Below are positions 39,016-51,606 of a stretch of DNA of 64,000 nucleotides, piece after piece. Position 1 is the stretch's first letter. Every line of letters starts with the position of its first letter. The stretch covers positions 204,042,001 to 204,106,000 of the forward strand of contig OX597814.1 of the NCBI GenBank assembly GCA_951406725.2, given 5' to 3'. The notes beneath the pieces were generated by a model that was given only the letters and a program-made list of their open reading frames with translations, searched no databases and had not been told where the DNA came from. The position numbers were made by a program, and so were the translations under genes. This DNA comes from Octopus vulgaris (lineage: Eukaryota).

Positions 39016-40718
39016 ATCATAATAAAAATACTGTTAACTTGTATCAGAATTATCTACTATCCTCAGCAGATGTTTTAAATCAGAACTAAATTGGAGATGT
39101 TCTATTGTTCCTCAGAAGCCTTCAGTATTTGTCCAACACCATTAAATCAACACTGGCAAATCATAAAGTATTACTAAGGAACCAATAACAAATATAAAAT
39201 AAATAAACGACAACCTAAACACTATAAACGATTCCAGATGTTTCACAGAATACATCAAATATAAAGTTTAAAAAAAAAATAATCAACAGTCAATTCTTGA
39301 AACATACAACTATTTCTGGACTTTATTTCTTTATTAGTGATTAATATTATGAAGGAAAAAATTGCTCTTCCTTGCCTGTAATGAAAAAAAAACTAACACT
39401 TTATGAATGAAAAAAGTGTTTCCATTTCTGAAAAGCAAAAGCACAAAATAAATTTGATATGAAAGACACTGAAAACAGAATCAATTATGTTTTTGATATT
39501 TGAATGGATATCTTTTCACATTAGCAGGGGAAATTTAACTAAAATATACTTTCAATCAAAACTTAATAACCTAGCTAAGAAGGAGGCCATTCGCTCAACC
39601 TGCAAGAAATAGCAGCCAAATCTCTCTCAAATTACACCCTGATGATTTAAATAAGGATAGATATATTGGATCATGTTCCTGATACATTAGGTTTGAAAAT
39701 AAATCAGGATGGTCATGGTTATAATCACAGACCAACTCAATTGGAAGAGACCTAGAGCTAAGAACAGCTACCTAAATAAAATGTATAAATATAACAGATG
39801 ATAGATCAGAAATTATTCTTGAACCTGTTCCCAAGACAAACACAAATTATTATTGCTTAACATACTAACCCAAAGCCAAAACAAAACTTACTTTCTAATA
39901 TGGAGCTAATGCCGGGGTGTGGATTGATTTTAAACAAAAAAAAAACTCATTTTACTATTAATTAAATTTTTGATTGAATGACAAAGTCAATCAGATGAAT
40001 GACTGGATTGTTGCTTTTAAATCAAATATACAAGTCACTTTTTTGAATTACAAAAATTAAAGGACAGAACATGATGGTACTAGAGGCGGTAGATTTAAAG
40101 AAGCTAGTAACCCTACTGCAAAGAAATAGAATTCAGTGTCAAGTCTATAATATATATCTATTACATTGTAGATTATTCCCCATGGAAACAAGAGGAAGTC
40201 AAAAAGATACTAAGAACCATCAAATACTGGGAGGTTAAATTTTCACAAGATTTCTAATAGAAAACAAAAATAGTTATATACTATTATATACGTAGTGTAT
40301 GTCAGTAGGGGGGACAGCTTAGTTAAAAGTATAGCTTAATAGCTATAAAAGTAAATACACTGCAGTAATTTACTATGTGTTCAGATTTTGAATTGTTAGC
40401 CAGAAAACAATATTTAAAACTAAGCATTAGTTGGTCTATCAAGCCTGGAAAGATGTAGAATTCATAATCTGCAATGCCAGACAATAAACCAGTTATTGCT
40501 ATGTATCTAATCCAGTTTTCTATTAAATTATACTCCTGACTAAACTGCTATACTCCTAAACAACAAATGGTTTGAAATAATGGACTATAAATGATTATCC
40601 AGTCAAAAGATGAAATAGAGATTGTTCGTGTCTAACTTAATGGACAACTCAACATCATACAATGCAGAGTAGATAAATGAAAAACTTTGAACAGTTAAAC
40701 CAAAGGATATTAAGGTGA

Positions 40719-40804
40719 AGACCCTGAAGAAACTGCACCAGTATTATAGTAGGGTTGCAATTTCAACGGTTACTAATCGGTGCAGTTGAAACATGTGTAG
40801 GTCT
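40719..40804 (+). ncRNA. Minimal type I hammerhead ribozyme (Penelope-like-element type)
   Basis: AGACC-CUGAAGA-AACUGCACC...GGUGCAGUU-GAAAC-AUGU-GUA-GGUCU. Stem I is 5 bp (40719-23/40800-04) and stem II 9 bp perfect (40731-39/40779-87) with further internal pairing. GAAA is at 40788-91 and the GUA cleavage triplet at 40797-99. Confidence 0.8.
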
Positions 40805-41057
40805 ATGTAAATCTGTATGTATATCAAAAGAATTAAAGGTAATGCTGAGCAACTTTGTAATAATCCTTATCATTATGGTTAAGGTAATATATTTAGAATT
40901 ATCTAATGAAATATATCTCAAAATTCTTATCTTATAAGAACATTATTGGATTTATATATTACCTGCTGAATAACCTATTTTGAATACCTAACTGAGCGTG
41001 AACCAGTAAATGTTTTAGGGTAATTCCTTACTATTGACAAATAAATATATATATACC

Positions 41058-41908
41058 ACTAGAATAAGAATAGCCTGGGCAAAGTTCAGAAAGCTTCTAC
41101 CCCTACTGGTGACAAAGGGCCTCTCGCTCAGAGTGAAAAGTAGATTGTATGATGCATGTGTGCAAACTGCCATGCTTCATGGCAGTGAAACGTGGGCTGT
41201 GACTGCTGAGCTGGATGTGTAATGTCAGTGTGCACACACGACAGAGTTTAAGTGCCTTGAGAGAAATGTTAGACATAAGAAGCATTGAATGTGGCATGCA
41301 AGAGAGACGTTTGCATTGGTATGGTCATGTACTAAGGATGGATTAGGAGAGCTGTGTGAAGAAGTGCCACTCTCAAACAGTGGAACGAATCTGAGGTAGA
41401 GGGAGACCTAGGAAGACAAAGAGTGAGGTGGTGAATATGACCTTCGAACGTTGGGCCTCACAGACGCAATGACAAAAGACAGACCTCTGGAGGTATACTG
41501 TGACTGAAAAGACCTGGCAAATAAAGTGAGTCCACAGCTGTAACCTACACCAGTGTACCTTGAATCATAGGGCAACATGCCATGCTTGAGGAGACCTATT
41601 GAGTCAAGTACATCAACATCAAGAGCAATATCAAAATCAAATCAAATGGAAATTGTAGATGTGAGACCTGTGGCAGTAGCATGTAAAAAGCACCATCCGA
41701 ACATGGTCAATGCCAGTGCCACTTTCACTGGCTTCCGTGCCGGTGACACGTAAAAAGCATCCACTACACTCTCTGAGTGGTTGGCTTTAGGAAGGGCATC
41801 CAGCTGTAGAAATACTGCCAGATCAGATTGGGACCTGGAGTAGCCTCCTGGCTTCCCAGACCCCATGCCAGCATGGAAAATGGAAAATGGAAGCTAAACG
41901 ATGATGAG
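41058..41908 (+). mobile_element. 5'-truncated RTE-clade LINE (RT C-terminus, 3' UTR, tail)
   Basis: 'RIRIAWAKFRKLLPLLVTKGLSLRVKSRLYDACVQTAMLHGSETWAVTAE', 'RRLHWYGHVLRM' and 'GRGRPRK', then a UTR ending 'gctaaacgatgatga'. Confidence 0.9.
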
Positions 41909-41924
41909 ATTATATATATATAAT

Positions 41925-42322
41925 TATCATTTAATGTCTGCTATCCATGCTGGCATAGGTTGGACAGTTTGACTGAGGACTGGTGAGCCAGAGGCTGCAC
42001 CAGATTCGATCTGGTTTGACAAAGTTTCTACAGCTGGATGTCCTTCCTAATGCCAACCACTCTGAGAGTGTAGTGGGTGCTCTTTACCAGCATGAGGGCC
42101 AGTCAGGTGGTTCTGGCAATGACCACGCTCACAAGGTGTTTTTACATGCTACCTGCACAGAAGCCAGTCTGGCAGCACTGGCAACGACCACGCTCAAATG
42201 TTGTTTTTCACGTGCCACCAGCACATGTGCCAGTAAGGCAGCACTGGCTATGACCATGCTCAAATGGTGCTTTCCACGTGTCATTGGCACTGGAGCCAAT
42301 CCGTGGCCCTGGCAACGGTCAC
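41925..42322 (-). mobile_element. RTE 3' UTR fragment, tail-to-tail with the preceding copy
   Basis: Reverse complement of the 41700-41905 region, plus about four ~65-bp tandem units. Confidence 0.75.
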
Positions 42323-42806
42323 ACTATATATATACTAGATATATAACATATGCTATAGGTGCAAGCATGGCTATGCATGGGAATATGGTTAAGAAATTTG
42401 CTGCCCAATGATGTAGTAGCAGGTTCAGTCCCATGTCATGACACTTTGAGCGAGTGTCGTCTATAACAGCCCTGGCACATCCAAAGCTTCATGAGTAGAT
42501 TTGGTAGATGGAAAGCAGTCCATAGTGTGTGTACCCTTGTCTTGACATCACATATTGGTTGTAAATAAATATCATCTTATAATGTCATCTCCCATGAAGA
42601 ACCTGTCAAGCTATGGGAAATATTACCTTCCTTGAAAACAAAGAGGGCAGCTGGCCATAGAAACTTTGCCTCAACAAATTTTGTCCAATCCAGGCATGCC
42701 TGTAAAAATGGACATATGATGATGATGATTTCAGTAATAACATATACAGCAGTATATAATTAACATACTGAAAATAATTGATCTTAATCAGAAATATGAA
42801 TGGTTC

Positions 42807-43203
42807 GAGTGGCTGTGTGGTAAGTAGCTTGTTTACCAACCACATGGTTCCGGGTTCAGTCCCACTGCGTGGCAACTTGGGCAAGTGTCTTCTACTATAG
42901 TCTCGGGCCAACCAAAGCCTTGTGAGTGGATTTGGTAGACGGAAACTGAAAGAAGCCCGTCGTATATATGTATGTATATGCATGTGTGTGTTTGTGTGTC
43001 TGTGTTTGTCCCCCTAGCATTGCTTGACAACCGATGCTAGTGTCTTTATGTCCCTGTTACCTAGCAGTTCGGCAAAAGAGACCGATAGAATAAGTACTGG
43101 GCTTACAAAAGAATAAGTCCCGGGGTCGAGTTGCTCGATTAAAGGCGGTGCTCCAGCATGGCCGCAGTCAAATGACTGAAACAAGTAAAAAAGAGTAAAG
43201 AGT
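42807..43203 (+). mobile_element. Young full-length tRNA-derived SINE (family A)
   Basis: A box TGGCTGTGTGG (42810-42820), B-box-like GGTTCAGTCCC (42853-42863), CORE-like 'ttgggcaagtgtctt', central microsatellite and tail 'gactgaaacaagtaaaaaagagtaaagagt'; CpGs are intact. Older copies at about 34540-34925, 48805-48950 and 62620-62965. Confidence 0.9.
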
Positions 43204-44529
43204 TGATTTCACCACAGCAACATCCTACAAGAGTACAAGATAACATGATCATGTTTAACAGCAATAAAATAACCTCACTTACATATCAAAGAAACCTAGA
43301 CTAATTCTCACACACTATTCAGATATAATTCAGATAGCCATCACACACTTAAAAATCACCAGAAAATACCTCAGTATTAAACTGCTGATGACTCTAAACA
43401 TGGCACTAGTGTGCCTCATACAACATCAACTTCTCCATGCCAGTATGCACCCCCATACACCACCAGTATACACTACCATATACTGCAATATATTCTAAAA
43501 ACTGCCACTATATATTTTTGTATGCTGCCATACACATTTCTATACACTTACAATATACAGAAACCATAAAAAAAGTATTTACCTCAACATCAAAGAGCCA
43601 GCATAAAAGATAAAATAAACAAACTCAGATATGAATGTCCATAAAACAGTATTTTTAAAACTAGATGGAATTGATGAAAAACAGATTCTAAGTTCTGTTC
43701 TGCTAAAGTTTGGCAACCATGCTCTCAGTTCCAATTAGCATTAAAGTAGAATGATGTTATGTTCTTTCATACTTGAAAAGAGTAAAAACAATAAAAAAAC
43801 ATAATAGTTATCTATGTTTTCAAGGAAATATCAGGAACTATTAAACAGAAATTTAAAATTGGTTTTAAAAAAATATACAAGACTGAATGATCACGACAAT
43901 GATGATGAATACAATTGGAGTGAGGAAAACAAAGAGTCCACCTTCAGTCCAAATTATGCTGTTTATGTAAGATTCACATTTTACCAAAGATAAATATTCA
44001 CCATTTTCAAAAGCTCTTTCAGTTTAAAATTTTAAAAATATGTTCCAAATAATAGCCAGAGGAAATGAAAATATAAATATCAAAATTCCTCCTAATTTCT
44101 TCTAAACTAAAGCTGAATCTTTATATTGGTATTATGTGAAATACCTTGAAAAGAAATCAAATGCTATTATCTAAAATCCTTCTGTAAATGGTTTCTCTCA
44201 TCTTTTGAAGTATAGTAAAGACTTACGTTACAGCAATCTAATCATAGATATTTATCTCCAGAAGAAGTAGTCAGTCATATTGCTTACAAAAGGTAATTCT
44301 AGAATATTCTTCTCAGAAGAAATCAAACATTTTCCTAAATGTGGTCAAATTATAAATTTTATATAATTAAAAAAAAATGAATACTCTCTATTTAATAAAA
44401 AATCCCAACATTTCTATTATATTTTACCAATAATTTTTCCTTAATTCACCTCATAATTAGTGATATTTCTCCACCACTAACTCTACAAAAATGACTGCTT
44501 TATTTCCCTCTAACAGATTTGTATTTGAC

Positions 44530-44870
44530 TTTCCATACATCATCCTATGATGTTCCTGGACATAGTGATTTTTTCCTGTGAGCATTAAGCATTTCAGGTC
44601 TTTCAAAAATCAGATACTCTTACCCAGGTAACATAGCCTGGGCTGATCAAGCCCTAGCTAGTGTGTCCAGTTAGCACTACTCCTGGTAGCACTGCTCCTT
44701 CCAGGACTTTCACCTCTTGATCTACAGCCACCTTGAGGCAACTTCTACCTCCACAGCCAACTTAACAGCTTCTTCCCCTGCAAAGCCCAGCATGTAAACT
44801 CTGCAGAGGAACTGGCCTACAAACCCTCTGCATCCCACCTTGATGGGATCACACCTTGTTTGCCACCAAT
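44530..44870 (-). mobile_element. 3' end of a restriction-like-endonuclease (Hero-like) non-LTR retrotransposon
   Basis: Minus frame 'WQTRCDPIKVGCRGFVGQFLCRVYMLGFAGEEAVKLAVEVEVASRWL*IKR*' matches the RLE C-terminal motif PxEVGCRGF...ASRWLW; the 3' UTR follows. Confidence 0.8.
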
Positions 44871-46954
44871 TACTTTGGCATTAGATCCTTCAATGGAACA
44901 GTTATAAAACTTTACTGAAAAGACTGGTTGACTAAGTTACTGAACTAAATTTATAGAAATTTTATTAAAGCAAATAATACAAGTCAGATTCAAAATCATT
45001 TTAGATATCAAATCTCTTCAAACTAATATTTGACATAAATTTCAGGTACAAGCTCAAAGTTAACAAATAATGACAAATTTGCATCAAATTCACATCCCCT
45101 TAAATATCTTTTATTTTTTAATAGCTATGTCAGAATTGAGACTCCAATGCCTGCTGTTCCACATGCCACCAACCGTGTAGATCAATTTAAATACAAAGAA
45201 AGAACTAGTTTTGCAACAATTTATGAAAAATAGAACAAATTCCAGTGAACAGAAATGAGATATATTAATCTTACCATAGTCTATTTTAGTGTTTTATATC
45301 TTGTTTCATAAGATATGAAGCTTACTTCCCAACTATGTGGTTTCAAGGTCAATCCTGTAAACATAGAACCTTGGGCAAAAGTCTTCAGTGATAGCCCCAG
45401 GCCAATCGAAACTTTTTGGGTGGACTTGCTAGACAGAAACTTCAAAGTCCTTATCAATCTTTTCATAGTAATAATTTAATAAACATATACTCTACTAAAA
45501 AATATTGACTAATCCATCAGTTTCATATTAAATTGTTTTTAAGCGACATTAAAACAAATATTTGTGTGTCTATGTGTACCCCTGTCTTTGACATCATGTG
45601 ATGGCTGTCAGGCCAACAGTGTTGATCATTTCCAGTCTCCCATGAATAATATATTTGGCCTTGGGGAAATATTTATGTTGCTTGGAAACAGGTGAGGGCT
45701 AACAAGAAGGGCATCTGGCTATAGAAAATCTACATCAATAAATTCCATCTGACCCATGAGGATCTCATATAATGTCTTATGGCTTTATATCACTGAATTA
45801 CTAGTAGTCTTGCTAGCTTCAATATTTTTAAACAAAAATAAACAGACTTTTCCCCATACTTAATAAAAATTCAATAGCAAAATGGAATTCAACGCAACAA
45901 GAAAATGAAATATGAAACATACAGTAATGAACCAGTGATGGTACCCAATTAACAGCTAGATAGACCCAACCACAAGTCTAGACAAAGAGTTAAAGTATTG
46001 GCTGACTGCATGTCTTATATGCAACTCTCATTTAAATGACTCTAAAATATTTTAATGGCACTGTATATATTCCTTTTACATTAATATCTATTTTCAGGTC
46101 TTTTGAAATGCCTATTGTAAATGGAGGGAAAAAAACTTTGTCCCTAAAACTACTTTTCGCTTACCACTTATTTTATAAAATGGAAAAACAATGTTAAAAA
46201 AAAAGCTTTCAGAAAATATTTTCACAGATATCAAAAAAAAAAATTATCAAACTTTACAACATTTATTAGTTGACAACTTAAATATGACAGGAGAAATAAA
46301 ATGCTAAAGAGAATGAAACATAAAATCATCATCATTTAACTTCCAAAAAATCTTCAATCCTTTGCTACAGGGTTTCTTTCAATGGCTGAAACCAATAAAA
46401 GAGTAGGCCGTTTTTTTTTGCTGGGTTACCACCAAGTATTTTTGTCAAAACCCTACTAATTTTATCAATCGCTAGTTACTATATTGTTAGGTTATAATGC
46501 ATATTGTTAGGTTATAATGCAACATAACCACTTCTTCAGCTAGTGTAAGCACACACACACATCTACATACATAATCTGCATCAGCCAAATTCCAATCATA
46601 TGTTACTGTACAAGTCAAAATGTCACAGAGTGAGATCAAACCCAGAACCTTATGACTGTAAAACAAACTTCTTAACTACTGAGTCAAGCCTGCTAAGTTA
46701 CAACTTTTCAAACGATAATTCCTAGAAAATAAATGACATAAATTCTCAGAATTTAATTTACAACCTATTTATGTTTCCCAGTTAGAACTACTTCCTTTTC
46801 TTAAATAAATCCCTTTGGCAAAGCTAATTAATCACACCTCATTGTTTCTTACAGATAAAGTTCTTGGTACACAAGGAGATCTGTTGCTTTGAGAAAGGAG
46901 CCTAGGTTTTTGCAGTTAGGGATTACTGTTGCCTTAACTAATTCATTTTGTCAT

Positions 46955-47470
46955 ATCAAGAGGAGGAAAGCTGCATCAAGAAATACCAATCTCTAGTTGT
47001 ATACGAAACATGTGGAAGGGATAGAGCCAGGAAGACATGGGAAGAAATGGTGAGAAAGGATCTCTGGACATTGTACCTCACAGAGGGGATAACAAGGGAC
47101 CAAAACTTCTGGTGGTTTGCTGTGCTTGAGAAGACCTGTCAAGCTAAGTAAAATCATGGTTGTCTTTGCATTCAGGCACATCCCCTACATCTCTCTTCAG
47201 CTTAGTGATCCTAATGCTACAGACTCGTGGGTACTGGTACCATGTAAAAAAAACCCTTATGCCAGTGTCACATAAAAGCACCCATGTTGGTGCCACATAA
47301 AAGTACTCAGAACACACTGTAATGTGGTTGGCATTAGGAATGGCATCTAGCCATAGAAACCATGCCAAAACAGACATGGCGCCCAGGCAGCTCTTCAGCT
47401 GGCAAGCTCCTGTTAAAACAACCGAACCCATGACAGCATGGAAAGTGGACATGAAAATGATGAGGACAAT
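46955..47470 (+). mobile_element. RTE-clade LINE 3' end, older subfamily
   Basis: 'EESCIKKYQSLVVYETCGRDRARKTWEEMVRKDL..LTEGITRDQNFW' plus the shared UTR and tail. Confidence 0.75.
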
Positions 47471-47934
47471 GATTTTGAAGAATCTAAAACAAGGTTGTTT
47501 GATAATACCAAGATAATAGGGATGATACATAGAAATCATCCTTGAAAAACAGGCTATCACTTTCAGAGACAAGCAAGTATCTCTAGTCAGAAGGGATAAT
47601 ATTGAAATAGAGATATCAGAATATGATATCAATGATTGTAGAAGATAGAGGCTGCTTATGGAAAGTTAAAGAGATAATACCACAACTTTGTTGGTTTGTA
47701 GACAAATTCAAATGATAGAAAAAAAAAAGCTATCACATTTCTCCAAGATGAATTATAAAGTTGGGAGGTCAAATGAGAAGAACCAACAAAATCCTACCGT
47801 TAACAAATGATAATCATATTGCATAGAAAGCAATTTGATAATGAGCACAAATATCAGCTAGGAGAAGATTTATACAGAAAGCAAAGAGAACATGAACAAG
47901 ATAGACCTGGATTTCTAAAGATTTTCATATCTTG

Positions 47935-48098
47935 TTAACCCCTTTAGTTACAGAATTTCTGTTGAAGTTCATTGCATTTGTTTCAGTTAATTTTGAAAAT
48001 AATTAAGAATTTAGTAAAATAACTTTAGATAATTTTAAAACTGGAAGTTTGTACCAAAGGACCAGGAACAGTCTCCGGTAGGTTATCCATGGGGTTAA
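47935..48098. mobile_element. Decayed TTAA MITE
   Basis: TTAA-CCCCTTTAGTTAC ... GGGG-TTAA; interior 'gaatttagtaaaataactt' is shared with 20557-20777. Confidence 0.6.
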
Positions 48099-48747
48099 TT
48101 GTAATTTTACCCAGTTCAATCAGTCATTAGTAATAGCACCTTTAATAATAATACATATTTCCTACAGGTTGTTTTCAAGAGAAAAGTATGCACCTGCACT
48201 ATACATAAAACAAATGTTAATAGTTTTCTTTTATAAATTTCTGAAACTATCAAGTAATAGAGTGGACAGTAGTTAGGATAAACACTTTCAAGTGGATCTT
48301 TATCTGAGATCAGATCATAATAGATACAACATTGCTTTTCATTGCTTTGAGATCAATAATATATTTTAGGTGCACGGCCTAGTGGTTAGGGTGTTGAATT
48401 TACAATCGCAAGATCATGGTTTCTATTCTTGGACAGGGCAATGCATTGTGCTCTTGAACAGAACTCTTCATTTCACTTTACACCAGTCCACTCAGCTGTA
48501 AATGAGTTACCCTGTGATAGACTGGCATCCCTTTCAGGAGGAATATTGTAATCTCTGACACTTATACACTGGAGAAACTGGGTAATGGTCCAATAAGTCT
48601 TGAAATTTGAGACAGTAATATCCAAGGGTTGATGATGATGAGTATTTTAGTTATAGTCAATTCTATCATCCTGCCTACACACAACAAAATAAAATTGACA
48701 CAAAGAATACATTATTTATAGAATCTCAACAGAAATATTATGCATAC

Positions 48748-48807
<60 letters not shown>

Positions 48808-51420
48808 ATGTCCCCACAGCTTAGTGGTTTGGCCAAAGAGACTGATAGAATAAGTACTAGGCTTAGAAAAAATAAGTTCTGGGGTCAATTTGTTTAACTA
48901 AAGGTGGTGCTCCAGCACAGCCACAGTCAAATGAATGAAAGAATAAAAGAATATACACACACACACACACACACAACTAAATTATTTATGATATTTTGAA
49001 GGCACAAAAAAAAAATAACTATCTTCTAATACTTTAGTAGTTATTAATGCGTTGTCAGTAACTTCAGATGCATATAAATAAATGTCTTGATAAATATAAA
49101 CAACAGGCAAAAAAATAAATTCACACTTTTAGATATTGCATACAAAACATCCTGATCACAAGATTTCTTGTGGCAACTGAGTAAAAAGAAGAAAAAAAAG
49201 AGAGAATAATTTGAATAATATATATAAATACTGCATGCAATGAATATAATAAAAAAAATTGATGAAATCATACATACATACAGATATACATACATACATA
49301 CATACATACAGACAGACAGACAGGCATGCATACAGACATACAGGCATGCATACATACATACATACATACATACATACAGATAGACAGACAGACAGACATC
49401 CACTTTTCCATGCTTCCATAAATTAGACTGAGTTTAGGAGAAATTTGTGAAAGCTGGATGCAAGATATTTCCTTGTGGCCAGATTTATTTTTCTAGAGAA
49501 TATTGGAAATAATTTACACTCACAATTATAATGCAATGTTAAGACAAAGAAATAAAAATATACATACTCTCTCTCGCACACACAAATGCAAGTGTGTGTG
49601 CATGTATGTTCAGACTGCCCTTCTGCTGGAAAATGGAGTTGGTGTTTGCATGAGGTTCTGTAAAATCTCTTAACACCCAAAACCTCATCCACATTTAGAT
49701 AAATATACAAAAAGTAGTGTAAAACTTGTATATATGATTTATATTGCACAATATATTACCCGTTATTATTCTGTTTGTATTCTCATGTTGCATGCTGGCA
49801 TGGGTTACACTGTTTAATAAGTTTCTGCAGGTCCAAGTGTCTGTTTTGGCATGGTTTCTACAGCTGATGTCTTTCCTAACACCAACCAAGCTACAGTGTG
49901 TACTAGGTACTCTCTTCATGGCACCAGCAATAATGAGGTTACCATATATCTTACAAAACTCTAAACCCTGAAAGGGCAACTTTATGCTAGGAGAGTAGGG
50001 GTTAAAGTATGAGAGAAGGAGCCAGAGCAAAATAGGCTTCTTGCTGTGGAAGAGCTATATGACAACTCACATTTTAGAAGAGAGGGCAACAGTTATCAGG
50101 CAGTGGCGAGGTGTTTGGATACCCTCAAAAAAGAATTCTATTATCTGAAGGATTGCACATGGTAGGAAGTTAAGAAAAAATGATGTGGATTACCAAATAA
50201 ACTGCTAGATGTATATGCGTGTATGCATTTACTTGTATAATAGCCGATATGAACACAAGTTGATCCCTCTAGTCACATTTTACATCATATGAAGAGGAAG
50301 AATAAAAGAGACAGAGAGAGTTAATATAAGAGGTGCAGAATTAGTGCCCATACAAGGCTGGTGGCAGGCAAAGAGTACAAGAATACTATATCCACACACA
50401 AGACAAAGATGCATAGAGACAGAAGGAGAAGGAATGACAGAATAGTTATATAAAAAAGAAATTCTTGTTTAACTTAATTTCAAGGTAAATATTATTCTCT
50501 TGAAAATTAGCATAAGCAGCAAGGAACTTGATAAAAGTTAAATCATAATTATTGGTGGCAAAAGTATACTTTCAAAGTCACCTATCATATCACAGGAATG
50601 GTTCTAATATATGTGTGTAAGCATGTGTCATCATCATTTAATGTATGTTTTCCATACTGGCATGGGTTGGACAGTTTGACTTAAAACTGGTAAGCTGAGG
50701 AGCTGCACCAGGTTTCAATCTGATTTGGAATGGTTTCTACAGCTAGATGCCCTTCCTAATGCCAACCACTCCAAGACTGTAGTGGATGCTCTTTACATGC
50801 CACTGGCACGGGTGCCAGTTACGAAACACTGGCATCAGCCATGACCCCACTTGGCTTCACACATACACAGAGTTAAACATATATTCTCAGTGATTTATTG
50901 AAGGAACTGCTTAAGAGGAAAACAAGGCGAGGCAGACAAAAACAGCAGACAGACAATGTTAAAGAATGGACAAATATTTAACAGAGACCCAAGATCTGGT
51001 ATGCAACCACAAATGAAAATACAAAGCAGCAGTTGTATAACTTCATTAGAAGTTGTGGACCCAAAATAATACAACATACACAAAAACTGAAAATTACAAC
51101 TACTTTAACACAACTTGGACCAAATCTATAAGGTAGATTGACAGGGTGAAAACCAGAAAAAATTGGGGACTTTCAGAGGAACTATTTAAAAATAGTGGAC
51201 CGAAAGTATAGCAACCTGAAATATTTAGTGATGCTTGCTGGTGCCTTCCACATCCCTACCCTTCTCTACCCACTGTTCTCTGTCAAAGTTAGTAGTATCC
51301 ACTTTCTATAAAAACTGGGACATCTACACAAAAATGTCAATAGCAGCAGAACCTGATACATGCCATACTTTAGAAGAATCTAAGCAAGACTAAAATAACC
51401 TGAGTTTATAGAAATATTAT

Positions 51421-51606
51421 TTAACTCCTTTGTTACTATATTTCTGTTAATACACTGCCTTCCTTTTATTTTTGAAAATAATTAATTTAGTAAAATATTA
51501 ATAAGCTGGTGTTTGGAACATAAATTAACATGAAATTTTGATGGAAAGTTTAAGTTAAAACAATTTTGTTTTATAGAATCAGGTGAGTTGATATCAAAAG
51601 GGTTAA
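51421..51606. mobile_element. TTAA MITE
   Basis: TTAA-CTCCTTTGTTAC ... ATCAAAAGGG-TTAA; interior shared with the other copies. Confidence 0.7.

Noticed and set aside
42807-42880. tRNA gene
   Set aside because: A/B boxes are present but it is a SINE head continuing into the repeat body; no full cloverleaf.
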